Shown here one piece after another: positions 1 through 9,242 of a stretch of 64,000 nt of DNA. Source of the stretch: an uncultured delta proteobacterium (GTDB lineage Bacteria; Desulfobacterota; Binatia; Binatales; Binataceae); the NCBI GenBank assembly GCA_963808235.1, contig CAWEEQ010000004.1, forward strand, positions 3,072,001-3,136,000. The letters are read 5' to 3'. The position numbers and the translations under genes were made by a program. The notes beneath the pieces were generated by a model. It saw only the letters and a program-made list of their open reading frames with translations, was not told the DNA's origin and ran no database searches. Each line of letters begins with the position of its first letter. Within the stretch, counting starts at the first letter, position 1.

Positions 1-1428
1 CACCACTGCGTTCGTCAGCCGGGGCCGGATCGCGAGCACATCGGCGAGCAGCTTCGACTGCCGCGACGGCGCCGCAACCCAGCCAACCGTCTCGACCACA
101 ATCGCGCCGGCAAGAAGCACGTCCAGGGCAATCACCGCAAATCCCGCCCATCCCCTCTGCGGCCCTCGATTCACGCTGACCAGCCCATAGCCCGCCGCGG
201 CAAAAACGATAAACAACGCCGGCATCAGGTAGCGAGGATCCACATAGAAATAAAAGAAGTAAGTAAGTAACAGCGCGGCAAGAAAGCCGAGGCCCAAATA
301 CACCGCACGCATCGTCCTTGCGTTGCGCTTGCCCCGGATCGCGAAGAACACGCCCAGCCCGGCGCAGACCGCGACCGGAAACGGGTAAAAAGCGTAGCGC
401 GCGCGAATTAACGTTCGGAACTCCTCACCCAGAGTAAGCTGACCGAAGACGCCATCGAGACCAAGCATTGCGAGCGTATAAGAGACAAAATTTCCGTGCA
501 GATAGGACGAATCCGGGGGCACGACGAAGTAGCTCAACTTAAAAGACGTAGAGACTGAGCTGTAGAATTCCGGCAACCAGAACACGTAACCGCTTGAGAG
601 GATCGAACCGAGGTAGTGCAGATTTACCCAAGCCTGCAATCCTGGAAATGGAGCGAACCCGATCGCAAACGCCATCACTTGCGCGAACCGTAATCTGCGT
701 GGCCGAACGAGTAGAGCCGCCGCCAGCATTCCGGCCAATATTGCGCCGTTGGTGACGTGGACTATGACGGCCAGGCCCGCCAGCAGTCCGCACAGCGTGG
801 ATGCGACCAGGCTTTCTTTTTCCTCGGCATACAAAAATGCCAGTGCAGCAAGGACTACGACCGCAAGCGAAGGAACGTCACTCATCACGCAGGTGGAAAG
901 TCCGAGAAAATATGGCGACGTAGCCAGCAGTAACCCGGCCAAAATCGCGCTTGGCCGGTCGAACGCCCATAGCGTCAAGAGATAAAGCCCGGCTATCGCG
1001 ACCAATGCCGTCAGTGCTGTAACCAGGCAAAGCCGTTCGGGCCTATGCCCCACAAGTGGATACGCCGCAGCTAGAATGAGCGGATAACCGATCGTATAGC
1101 GAGGCGGATAAGAATTTCCCCCGAAATGGAGCACCGGGCCTAGGCCGCTATCAAGGTCTACCGCAATCGCCGCGTATTCAATCGCGTCGGGCGTCGGGTA
1201 TAGTTCCTGTCCGTTGGCAAATCCCGTGCGCACGATCAGGAGCATCGCAAAACCGAGCAGGAGCGCGAGCAGCGCCGCGTCGATCCCCTTGAAGCGAAAG
1301 ATCGACGCTTCCCCCGCTTCTCTGCCCGGCCGAGCGGGCTCTGATGAATCAGAGTCCGAAGAGTGTCGCGGCCTTTCCCGGCTCGATCCACTTCGGGATC
1401 GCGCCTTGGCGCGTGAACTTCGCGACAT
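1..1428 (-). CDS. Multi-pass membrane GT-C-fold glycosyltransferase (ArnT/PMT-like), 3' end beyond the window
   Basis: Not in the ORF track because it has no stop in the window. Hand translation from ATG 1428 is open to position 1: ...ELYPTPDAIEYAAIA...YPPRYTIGYPLILA...VMSDVPS...YVDPRYLMP, with many TM helices. Confidence 0.75.
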   Translation of the reverse strand, partial: MSRSSRAKARSRSGSSRERPRHSSDSDSSEPARPGREAGEASIFRFKGIDAALLALLLGFAMLLIVRTGFANGQELYPTPDAIEYAAIAVDLDSGLGPVLHFGGNSYPPRYTIGYPLILAAAYPLVGHRPERLCLVTALTALVAIAGLYLLTLWAFDRPSAILAGLLLATSPYFLGLSTCVMSDVPSLAVVVLAALAFLYAEEKESLVASTLCGLLAGLAVIVHVTNGAILAGMLAAALLVRPRRLRFAQVMAFAIGFAPFPGLQAWVNLHYLGSILSSGYVFWLPEFYSSVSTSFKLSYFVVPPDSSYLHGNFVSYTLAMLGLDGVFGQLTLGEEFRTLIRARYAFYPFPVAVCAGLGVFFAIRGKRNARTMRAVYLGLGFLAALLLTYFFYFYVDPRYLMPALFIVFAAAGYGLVSVNRGPQRGWAGFAVIALDVLLAGAIVVETVGWVAAPSRQSKLLADVLAIRPRLTNAVV

Positions 1429-1609
1429 TCAGTGTGCTCCGTCGATCCCCTGCATTACTAACAAAAACAAACGACTCGGTAGTCCAGCTTTTCGGCGAAC
1501 GGTTCCTCTCAATAGACACCGCCACATCGAAAAACAACAACAGCGGCCTGTCCGCGCTGACTCAGAGCAACGACTTCAGCTTCGGTCGCATCTCGACTAG
1601 TTTACGAGA

Positions 1610-2026
1610 ATGCTAAAAGGATCCTGCGCTTGCGGGCGCATACGCTATCAGATCAATGGAGAGCTCCTCGGGCCAATCACCTATTGCCATTGCTGGCGAT
1701 GCCGAAAACACTCCGGGTCAAGCTTCGGGACAACTGCCGGGGTGAACGCCGGCGAATTCTCGTTCGTCTCCGGGAACGAGCTCTTATCGAGTTGGGAATC
1801 CAGCCCGGGTGTTCATAGATTTTTTGCGAGCTGCTGCGGCTCACCCATCTACAAGCGTGATGACGCTGCTCCTCAAGTGCTCGGGTTCCGGCTCGGAACG
1901 CTCGACTCCGACCCTTTGCGGAGCGCCGACGTGCATTTCATGGTCGGCTCGAAAGCGCCATGGGTGAAAATCAGCGACACTCTTCCGCAGGAACCGGGCG
2001 GCGTCCCGTTCGGTGAGCGCGACTAG
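1610..2026 (+). CDS. GFA/CENP-V family Zn-binding protein
   Basis: GSCACG..., CHCWRCRK and CCGSP motifs. Confidence 0.9.
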   Translation: MLKGSCACGRIRYQINGELLGPITYCHCWRCRKHSGSSFGTTAGVNAGEFSFVSGNELLSSWESSPGVHRFFASCCGSPIYKRDDAAPQVLGFRLGTLDSDPLRSADVHFMVGSKAPWVKISDTLPQEPGGVPFGERD

Positions 2027-2029
2027 CGA

Positions 2030-2452
2030 ATGGAAAGTGCAAAACGACAACGCGTCGGCTATGTCGCACTCGTCGTTCGCGACTACGATGAGGCGATCGA
2101 CTACTACACGAATGTGATCGGGTTCGAGGTCGTCGAGGATACCCCGCTCGGCGGCGAAAAGCGGTGGGTGCTCCTCGCGCCGCCCGGCTCCACAGAAACG
2201 CGCCTGCTCCTCGCCAAAGCATCAACGCCGGAGCAGATGTCGCGAATCGGCAATCAGACCGGCGGACGGGTTTTCCTTTTTCTTCACACCGATGATTTCC
2301 GGCGCGATTACCACGCGATGTTCACTCGCGGCGTCAAGTTTTGCGAGGCTCCGCGCGACGAATCGTACGGCACCGTCGCGGTGTTCGAAGATTTCTACGG
2401 CAATCGATGGGATCTGCTGCAGCTGCGACCGTCGTCAAAGGCATCGGTATAG
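2030..2452 (+). CDS. VOC/glyoxalase family protein
   Basis: VVRDYDEAIDYY...GNQTGGRVFLFL...YGTVAVFEDFYGNRWDL. Confidence 0.9.
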   Translation: MESAKRQRVGYVALVVRDYDEAIDYYTNVIGFEVVEDTPLGGEKRWVLLAPPGSTETRLLLAKASTPEQMSRIGNQTGGRVFLFLHTDDFRRDYHAMFTRGVKFCEAPRDESYGTVAVFEDFYGNRWDLLQLRPSSKASV

Positions 2453-2680
2453 CGCATCGATCAGCGCCGCGGCGCGCACATCGACCAGATTGCCTGGGAG
2501 CATCTGATTCATGGCGTATCCGAAGCCAACAGAAGCATCGCTATGATCGCAGGATGGCACACCGGCGCGCCTCGCTTGCCACGGCCATGCTCACACGCGG
2601 ATAATAAGTCGTAAGGGGCACGGTTGGCCCATCCAGAAGCGAGGTAGTGGTCTAAGCAAAAAATCGAAATAAACGAGAGT

Positions 2681-2825
2681 AGCGCCAGAACTCATAATCC
2701 TATGAGTTGACGAGGTGGAAGCAGTATCGAAGATAATCGGCGGATGGCTTCCCGGCTCCACGGTCGATAGAGGCGAACAAACCGCGCGGGTGACCGCGCG
2801 ACAAATTCGAGTCCTCACGTGGCTG
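2681..2825 (+). ncRNA. glmS ribozyme: glmS glucosamine-6-phosphate-activated riboswitch-ribozyme
   Basis: Core AGCGCCAGAACT...AGTTGACGAGG...TATCGAA...TCGGCGGATG...TCCCGG. P1 is AACTCATA/TATGAGTT; a GGAAGC/GCTTCC stem; a CGCGCGG-GTGA-CCGCGCG hairpin; CCACG/CGTGG long-range pairing. About 160 nt upstream of glmS. Confidence 0.93.
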
Positions 2826-2986
2826 AGCATAAGGCTCTGATCAAGGTTTCCCTAAACTCTCCCGCTTTGACCATTTCGTCCACTCTCTGTGGTGGCTCAC
2901 GATCGCTCCCCCGAAGCGAGCACGAATGTTTAACGTTTTCGTGCTCATGCGGACAACTCCGTAACGGTTCGGAATAGGAGTGATTC

Positions 2987-4819
2987 ATGTGCGGAATAAT
3001 CGGATACGTTGGGCCGAGCGAGGCATACCCGATCCTGCTCGACGGACTTGGCCGCCTCGAGTATCGCGGCTACGACTCCGCCGGCGTCGCCACAATTGTC
3101 GATAGCGGCAAGCTCGAAGTTCGCCGAGCCAAGGGTAAGCTGCAGAACCTCCGGCTCCTGCTCGCGGACTCGCCGCTCGAGGGCCATATCGGGATGGGGC
3201 ACACACGATGGGCGACGCACGGCCGTCCCTCGGAGGAGAATGCGCATCCGCATCGCGCCGGCCCGGTCGCGGTCATCCACAATGGAATCGTCGAGAACTT
3301 TATCGAGCTGCGCACCGAGCTGCTCGCGCGCGGCCACAAGCTCCGCTCCGAGACCGACACCGAGTTGATCTCGCATCTGATCGAGGAAAAACTGAAAACG
3401 GGCCGCGGCTTGACCGAGGCAGTCCGCGAAGCGGTGATGCGTATCCGCGGTTCGTTCTCGATCGTGGTGCTGTCCGAGACCGAGCCCGACAAGCTGGTCG
3501 CCGCGAAGACCGCGACACCGCTGGTGCTGGGACTTGGCGAGGGCGAGAATTTTATCGCGTCGGACATTCCTGCGATCCTCCAACACACGCGCCGCGCGAT
3601 GGTTCTTGAAGACGGCGAACTCGCCGAAGTCACTGCGATCGGAATCCGCCTGATGAAATTCGACGGCACCGCGGTGACTCGCATTCCGCGCCAGATCGAA
3701 TGGGACGCAGCCGCGGCGACCAGGGGCGGCTTCCGCCACTACCTGCGCAAGGAAATCAACGATCAGCCGCAGGCGTGGATCGACACGATGGCGGGACGTG
3801 CTGCCGCGGGTTCATCGACAGTCCACTTCGAAAGCGACCTTCTCCCCGCAGGCGGTCCGTCGTCGATCGGGAGAATCGTGATCGTGGGCGCAGGAGCGTC
3901 GTGGATCACCGCGCAGATCGGCAAGTTCATGATCGAGGAGCTGGCCGGGATCCCGGTCGAAGTCGATTACGCATCGGAGTTCCGCTATCGGCGTCCGCCG
4001 ATCGACGAGCGGACGATGATCATCGCGGTGTCGCAGTCGGGTGAGACCGCGGACACGCTCGCCGCAATGGAAGAAGGCGGCGGGCGCGGCGCGCATCTGC
4101 TGGCGATCACAAATACGGTGGACTCATCGATCGCGCGCAAGGCCAACGCGCAGCTTTACACGCGATGCGGTCCCGAGACGAGCGTCACCACCACCAAGTG
4201 CTTTCTGACTCAGCTGGAGTCGTACTATCTGTTCGCGATTCATCTGGCGGCGCGGATGGGTCGTCTGTCAAATTCCGAGGCGGAGAAACTCCTCCAGCCC
4301 GCGTTCGCCATTCCCGCCGAGCTCAAAACGATCTTTGCGAACGAGCCGGCGATCGCGCAGATCGCACGCAAGTACGCTTCGGCGAGCGACTTCCTGTTCC
4401 TCGGGCGCGGAATAAATTATCCGGTCGCGCTCGAAGGAGCGTTGAAGCTGAAAGAAATTTCCTACATCCACGCCGAAGGCTATTCGGCCGGCGAGATGAA
4501 GCACGGGCCGATCGCGCTGATCGACGAGAAGATGCCGGTGGTCGTGATAATTCCCAACGACAACCTGTTCGAGAAATCGATGTCGAATCTAAAAGAAGTC
4601 GAATCGCGCAACGGGCGGATTATTGCTGTGACGAATCACGCGACCGATGAGTTGAAGCGGGTCGCCGCCGATGTGATCGAGGTGCCCGAGACAAACCGGA
4701 TGCTCACGCCGGTGCTGATGACCGTGCCGCTGCAATTGCTCGCGTACCATATCGCGGCCGAGCGTGGCACCGACGTTGATCAGCCGCGCAATCTCGCGAA
4801 GTCGGTCACAGTGGAATAG
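2987..4819 (+). CDS. glmS: Glutamine--fructose-6-phosphate aminotransferase (isomerizing)
   Basis: MCGIIG, LEYRGYDSAG, GHTRWATHG, SQSGETADT, ALKLKEISYIHAEG, PRNLAKSVTVE. Confidence 0.98.
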   Translation: MCGIIGYVGPSEAYPILLDGLGRLEYRGYDSAGVATIVDSGKLEVRRAKGKLQNLRLLLADSPLEGHIGMGHTRWATHGRPSEENAHPHRAGPVAVIHNGIVENFIELRTELLARGHKLRSETDTELISHLIEEKLKTGRGLTEAVREAVMRIRGSFSIVVLSETEPDKLVAAKTATPLVLGLGEGENFIASDIPAILQHTRRAMVLEDGELAEVTAIGIRLMKFDGTAVTRIPRQIEWDAAAATRGGFRHYLRKEINDQPQAWIDTMAGRAAAGSSTVHFESDLLPAGGPSSIGRIVIVGAGASWITAQIGKFMIEELAGIPVEVDYASEFRYRRPPIDERTMIIAVSQSGETADTLAAMEEGGGRGAHLLAITNTVDSSIARKANAQLYTRCGPETSVTTTKCFLTQLESYYLFAIHLAARMGRLSNSEAEKLLQPAFAIPAELKTIFANEPAIAQIARKYASASDFLFLGRGINYPVALEGALKLKEISYIHAEGYSAGEMKHGPIALIDEKMPVVVIIPNDNLFEKSMSNLKEVESRNGRIIAVTNHATDELKRVAADVIEVPETNRMLTPVLMTVPLQLLAYHIAAERGTDVDQPRNLAKSVTVE

Positions 4820-5056
4820 TGGATTAGCGAACGGCAGAAAAGTTGTCGGCGCAGAGTGACTCGTTGGACCTGCGAGGCACATCTGCGCCGACTTTGGACA
4901 CGGGACCTTATTTAAAGACCGCGTCTAATTCACGCGATACGTCGCGACCATAGTCCATGGCGTGCCAAATGTCCATGACGATTCGCGCGCCCTGTGGATA
5001 ACGCTATAACGCCCTGACCTATTCGCTGCCCTGACCTATCCGCCAGATCAGCCGGC

Positions 5057-5113
5057 TTGACATATTCTGGCGCCCGTTGTATTTAACCAACAGGTTATTT
5101 AACTGAATGGTTC
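5057..5113 (+). promoter_or_regulatory. Sigma70-type promoter with two tandem palindromic operators, probably ArsR autoregulatory sites
   Basis: TTGACA (5057-62), 17 nt, TATTTA (5080-85). TAACC-N4-GGTTA (5084-97) and TAACT-N4-GGTTC (5100-13) overlap the -10 and start region. Confidence 0.65.
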
Positions 5114-5123
5114 AGTAGTTTCC

Positions 5124-5471
5124 ATGGCGCCTGATCTCAACATCACCTTCGCCGCGCTGGCCGATCCCACTCGGCGAGCGATCCTTGCGCGGCTGGCCTC
5201 AGGTGAGGCCTCGGTGACCGAACTGGCCGAGCCGTTCGAGATGAGCCTGCCCGCCGTCTCCAAGCATCTGAAGGTGCTCGAGCGCGCCGGGCTCATCGCG
5301 CGCGGTCGCGATGCGCAGTGGCGACCGTGCCGGCTCGCCGCAGGTCCGCTCAGGGATGCTGCGGACTGGCTGGAACACTATCGCCGTTTCTGGGACGAGA
5401 GCTTCGACCGGCTGGAGAGCTATCTGCGCGAGTTGCAGGACAAGGAGAAGAACAATGGCGGCAAGAAATAG
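5124..5471 (+). CDS. ArsR/SmtB family transcriptional regulator
   Basis: FAALADPTRRAILARL...VSKHLKVLERAGLI. Confidence 0.93.
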   Translation: MAPDLNITFAALADPTRRAILARLASGEASVTELAEPFEMSLPAVSKHLKVLERAGLIARGRDAQWRPCRLAAGPLRDAADWLEHYRRFWDESFDRLESYLRELQDKEKNNGGKK

Positions 5472-5913
5472 CGCCGGCACCGAGTCGGCCCCGCGCGAAC
5501 TGGTCATCACGCGAATCTTCGATGCGCCGCGCGAGCTCGTATTCAAAGCGTGGACCGAGCCCAAACACCTGATGCGATGGTTCTCGCCCAAGGGCTTCAC
5601 GGTGCCGGTCTGCGAGATGGATTTCCGCGTGGGCGGGAGTTATCGGTTGTGCATGCGGTCATCCGAAGGCCGCGAGCATTGGGTGCACGGCGTTTATCGC
5701 GAAATCGTCGCGCCTGAGCGAATCGTATGGACCGGCATTTTGGAAGCCGAAGGCAACGAGACCGTGGCGACGATTACGTTTGCCGATCATCAAGGGAAGA
5801 CGCTGCTGACGGTGCATCAGACATACTCGTTCGAATCGGATTCAACACGCGGCGCGCAGCAGGGATGGACCGAAACCCTAGAGCGGCTTGCCGAATACGT
5901 GGCGAGCATTTGA
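5455..5913 (+). CDS. SRPBCC (AHSA1/START-like) domain protein
   Basis: ELVITRIFDAPRELVFKAWTEP; ATG 5455 overlaps the end of arsR. Confidence 0.9.
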   Translation: MAARNSAGTESAPRELVITRIFDAPRELVFKAWTEPKHLMRWFSPKGFTVPVCEMDFRVGGSYRLCMRSSEGREHWVHGVYREIVAPERIVWTGILEAEGNETVATITFADHQGKTLLTVHQTYSFESDSTRGAQQGWTETLERLAEYVASI

Positions 5914-6039
5914 CGCGAGGAACCCATGGCAGGGGAAAGAAAGGTTTCAATCGAGAGTTCCGCGAGCCGGGAGATAATTCCGAGTTTTGAGAACACGAAC
6001 GAAAATCTCTGAAAGGTAAATCAGGCGAAGGAGTGAATC

Positions 6040-6450
6040 ATGCAATTGAATCCTTATCTAACGTTCAACGGCCAGTGCGCGGCGGCGTTCAAGTTCTACG
6101 AGGAGTGCCTGGGCGGCAAGATCGAAATGATGATGACCCATGCGGAGGCGCCGATAGCAGACCAGGTTCCGGCCGGATGGCGCGACAAGATCATGCACGC
6201 GCGGCTGACCGTCGGCGACAAGACCTTGATGGGTTCAGACGCTCCGCCCGATCGTTACGAGGCCGCAAAAGGCTTCTCCGTGTCGCTCAGCGTTGACACG
6301 CCGGCGGACGCGGAACGGATCTTCAAATCGTTGTCATCGAAGGGAACGGTGCAGATGCCAATCCAGCAGACTTTCTGGGCTGTGCGTTTTGGCATGCTGG
6401 TCGATCAATTTGGAATTCCCTGGATGGTCAACTGCGAGCAGGCTGCCTGA
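6040..6450 (+). CDS. PhnB/YjdN-like VOC family protein
   Basis: LNPYLTFNG...IMHARL...TFWAVRFGMLVDQFGIPWMVN. Confidence 0.92.
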   Translation: MQLNPYLTFNGQCAAAFKFYEECLGGKIEMMMTHAEAPIADQVPAGWRDKIMHARLTVGDKTLMGSDAPPDRYEAAKGFSVSLSVDTPADAERIFKSLSSKGTVQMPIQQTFWAVRFGMLVDQFGIPWMVNCEQAA

Positions 6451-6470
6451 GCATCAGGCGTGGAGTGAGT

Positions 6471-7595
6471 ATGGAAAGGGCCGAGCAAATCACCCCGCAA
6501 AGCGGCGATGTCATCGTGATCGTCGGGACGGTCAAGGGCGCTTTCATTTTTCGCAGCGATCGCAAGCGCAGCCAGTTCCGCATCGCCGGACCCTACTTCA
6601 AAGGCCAGGCCGTTTATTCGGCGGCATATCTTACCGACAGGAAAGCGCCACGCATCCTGGTCGGAAACTTGAGTACCCATTGGGGCGCGCTAGTGAGTTG
6701 GTCGGATGACTTCGGCGCGAGCTGGAACGAGCCCGCCGACGGCAACGTGAAATTCCCAGCCGGCAGCGGACTCTCGCTGAACGCGGTGTGGGCGCTCGAA
6801 GCTGCGCCGCTCGTTGGTTCCGACGTGGTGTTCGCGGGCGCCGATCCCGCCGTGCTGTTTCGCTCCGACGATCGCGGCGAGACGTTTCATCCGGTCGAGT
6901 CGCTGCTCAATCATCCTGAGCGTCCGTACTGGCTGCCGGGATTCGGCGGGCTTTGTCTGCATACGATCCTGCCCGATCCTCGCGACGCAAAGCGCATCAT
7001 TGTCGGTATCTCGTCGGCTGGTGTTTATCGCAGCGACGATGGTGGAGAGTCGTGGACCCGCCGGAACAAAGGCGTGCGGATGGAGGGCGGGCCGCCGCAC
7101 GCGCCGCATTTTGGTCCTCAGTGCGCACACAAGCTGGGCCACGATGCGAAAAATCCGGCGCGCATATATTTGCAGAATCATCCCGGCGTTTACCGCAGCG
7201 ATGACGGCGGCGATACGTGGATCGATATCGCCAAGGGACTACCGTCGGAGTTTGGTTTTCCGATGGTCGCGCATCCGAGCCGTGGCGATACCGCGTACCT
7301 GATTCCGCTCGAGTCCGACAACTTTCGAGTGCCTATCGAGGGCGCTACCAAAGTCTGGCGCACTCGCGACGCGGGCGAGTCATGGGAGCCGCTCGGCAAC
7401 GGGCTCCCGCAGCGAGACAGTTACTTCTCGGTGCTTCGCGATGCGTTCACATCGGACAGCCTCGATCCTGCGGGACTTTATTTCGGGACGCGCGGAGGCC
7501 ATCTGTTCGCGTCCGCTGACGAAGGCGAGAGCTGGCGATCGATCGCGGATTGGCTGCCCGCGGTGCTATGCGTGAAAGCTGCGTTGGTCGCCTGA
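6471..7595 (+). CDS. BNR/Asp-box repeat beta-propeller (sialidase-like) protein
   Basis: Repeated SxDxGxxW Asp-boxes; PGFGGLCLH and QCAHK motifs; no signal peptide. Confidence 0.88.
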   Translation: MERAEQITPQSGDVIVIVGTVKGAFIFRSDRKRSQFRIAGPYFKGQAVYSAAYLTDRKAPRILVGNLSTHWGALVSWSDDFGASWNEPADGNVKFPAGSGLSLNAVWALEAAPLVGSDVVFAGADPAVLFRSDDRGETFHPVESLLNHPERPYWLPGFGGLCLHTILPDPRDAKRIIVGISSAGVYRSDDGGESWTRRNKGVRMEGGPPHAPHFGPQCAHKLGHDAKNPARIYLQNHPGVYRSDDGGDTWIDIAKGLPSEFGFPMVAHPSRGDTAYLIPLESDNFRVPIEGATKVWRTRDAGESWEPLGNGLPQRDSYFSVLRDAFTSDSLDPAGLYFGTRGGHLFASADEGESWRSIADWLPAVLCVKAALVA

Positions 7596-7603
7596 GTGCC
7601 ACG

Positions 7604-7888
7604 ATGCGTTTTCATCTGCCATCTGCTCTGCGTCGATGGGCCGCCGACAATGAAGTCGTCGAGATGCGGCTGCCGCTCGACCTGCGAATGACCGTTGGCG
7701 AAGCGTTCGTGATGTTGGGCCGCGACTATCCGGGTATCCGGCAGCGAGTGCTCGACGATCAGAACAACATCCGCGCCCACGTCAACGTATTCGTCAACTG
7801 CGAGAACGTGCGCTTTACGCAAGGCGGCGCAACCCAGGTCACGAACGATTCCGAAGTGTGGATTTACCCCGCGCTCTCGGGTGGATGA
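7604..7888 (+). CDS. MoaD/ThiS ubiquitin-like protein
   Basis: Beta-grasp-type sequence HVNVFVN..., ending PALSGG. Confidence 0.88.
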   Translation: MRFHLPSALRRWAADNEVVEMRLPLDLRMTVGEAFVMLGRDYPGIRQRVLDDQNNIRAHVNVFVNCENVRFTQGGATQVTNDSEVWIYPALSGG

Positions 7889-7943
7889 GAGTGCGTTTAT
7901 TTCGAGATTTCACGAAATGACGCCAGCTTGAAGGAGAAACAAG

Positions 7944-8414
7944 ATGAGCGAAGCAAATACTGCCGCTACAGAAATGGCCGAGCGGGAACTTGTTATCGAG
8001 CGGATCTTCGATGCGCCGCGAAGCCTCGTCTTCAAAGCGTGGACCGACCCCGATCATATGGTCCATTGGTTCGGCCCGCGCGGCTTCAAGAGCACGGTAC
8101 TCAAAAGCGAGTTGCGCCCGGGCGGCGCGTATCGAATCCATATGCTCGGTCCGGACGGCGATCATTGGAACCAGGGAGTTTTTCGCGAGATCAAGGAGCC
8201 GGAGCGACTCGTGATGGCCGGCGGCTGGGCCGATGCAGATGGAAATTTCACTCGTCCGCAAACGACTATGACGCTGACCTTCGAGGACCACGGCGGCAAG
8301 ACCAAGCTGACCCTGCGCCAGTCGATCTTCGAATCGGTCACAGCGCGCGACGAGCATCGCGGCGGATGGACCAGCAGTCTCGATCGTCTGGCCGAGTACC
8401 TGGCGGCTGCGTGA
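7944..8414 (+). CDS. SRPBCC domain protein
   Basis: ELVIERIFDAPRSLVFKAWTDP...GGWTSSLDRL; AAGGAG RBS. Confidence 0.9.
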   Translation: MSEANTAATEMAERELVIERIFDAPRSLVFKAWTDPDHMVHWFGPRGFKSTVLKSELRPGGAYRIHMLGPDGDHWNQGVFREIKEPERLVMAGGWADADGNFTRPQTTMTLTFEDHGGKTKLTLRQSIFESVTARDEHRGGWTSSLDRLAEYLAAA

Positions 8415-8454
8415 GTTTGGCGGCGCAGAACTCCGCCGAAAGGAGGTCCCAGAC

Positions 8455-8824
8455 ATGGAACAGCGCAGCAATGTATCGGATCTGGTTCGCAGGTGTTACG
8501 CCGCCTACGAATCGAAAGATCGGAAAGCAATCGAAGGGTTATTGAGCGATGACTTCACCTTCACCAGCCCGCTCGACGATCACATCGATAGAACAACTTA
8601 TTTCAAGCGGTGCTGGCCGAACAGCGAGAACATCCGGGCATTTCAGATCGAGAAGCTCTTCGAGAAAGGCAACGAGGCTTTCGTTCGTTATGAAGGGACC
8701 CGAAACGACGGCGGCAAATGGCGCTGCACGGAGTTCTTCAGGATCGAAGGCGACAAGATCCGAAGAGGTCGAGGTCTACTTCGCGTCGCTGGTCACGCCT
8801 GAAAATCTCGAGGGAAGGCAATGA
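8455..8824 (+). CDS. SnoaL/NTF2-like protein (+1 frameshift near 8760)
   Basis: DFTFTSPLDD...YFKRCWP...EFFRIEGDKI continues in another frame as EEVEVYF. Confidence 0.82.
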
Positions 8825-8950
8825 TGCAAATGGGCAAGATCAACGTCGGAAAATTGCGGCAGGCTTACAACCAGGATTAACGACTTTGTCGATTTCGGGA
8901 TCCCTTGAACGTCTATATAGCGAGACGTTGAAAAATTCCGCGGGTAGTGA

Positions 8951-9205
8951 ATGACAATGCGCAGCAGCAAAAATCACTTGGGGATCGCATTCGAGATATG
9001 GCGCTCTCAACAGACCTGGTTCTGGTTGGTCGCCAACCTCGAGCGCAACGGGAGCATCGGCGCCGCGGCTACGGAGTCGGAAGCGGAGCACGAGGCGCGA
9101 AGATCAATCGAGGAGATATCCAATTCGATTGCGCGGGAGGGCTGGGAGCGTTCGTTCCAGAATCTCGAGCGCTACCTTTCCTGCCAATGCCACGCTACGG
9201 CTTGA
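8951..9205 (+). CDS. Small hypothetical protein
   Basis: 84-aa ORF with natural-looking composition (WFWLV...GSIGAAATESEA...WERSFQNLERYL) filling a gap between co-oriented genes. Confidence 0.6.
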   Translation: MTMRSSKNHLGIAFEIWRSQQTWFWLVANLERNGSIGAAATESEAEHEARRSIEEISNSIAREGWERSFQNLERYLSCQCHATA

Positions 9206-9242
9206 GCACGCTGGCCGACCGGCTTTGCGCAGGAGACAACTC

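Noticed and set aside
4950-5045. Short direct repeats GTCCATG x2 and GCCCTGACCTAT x2 after glmS
   Set aside because: They are too short and have no further copies in the window, so no function can be assigned.
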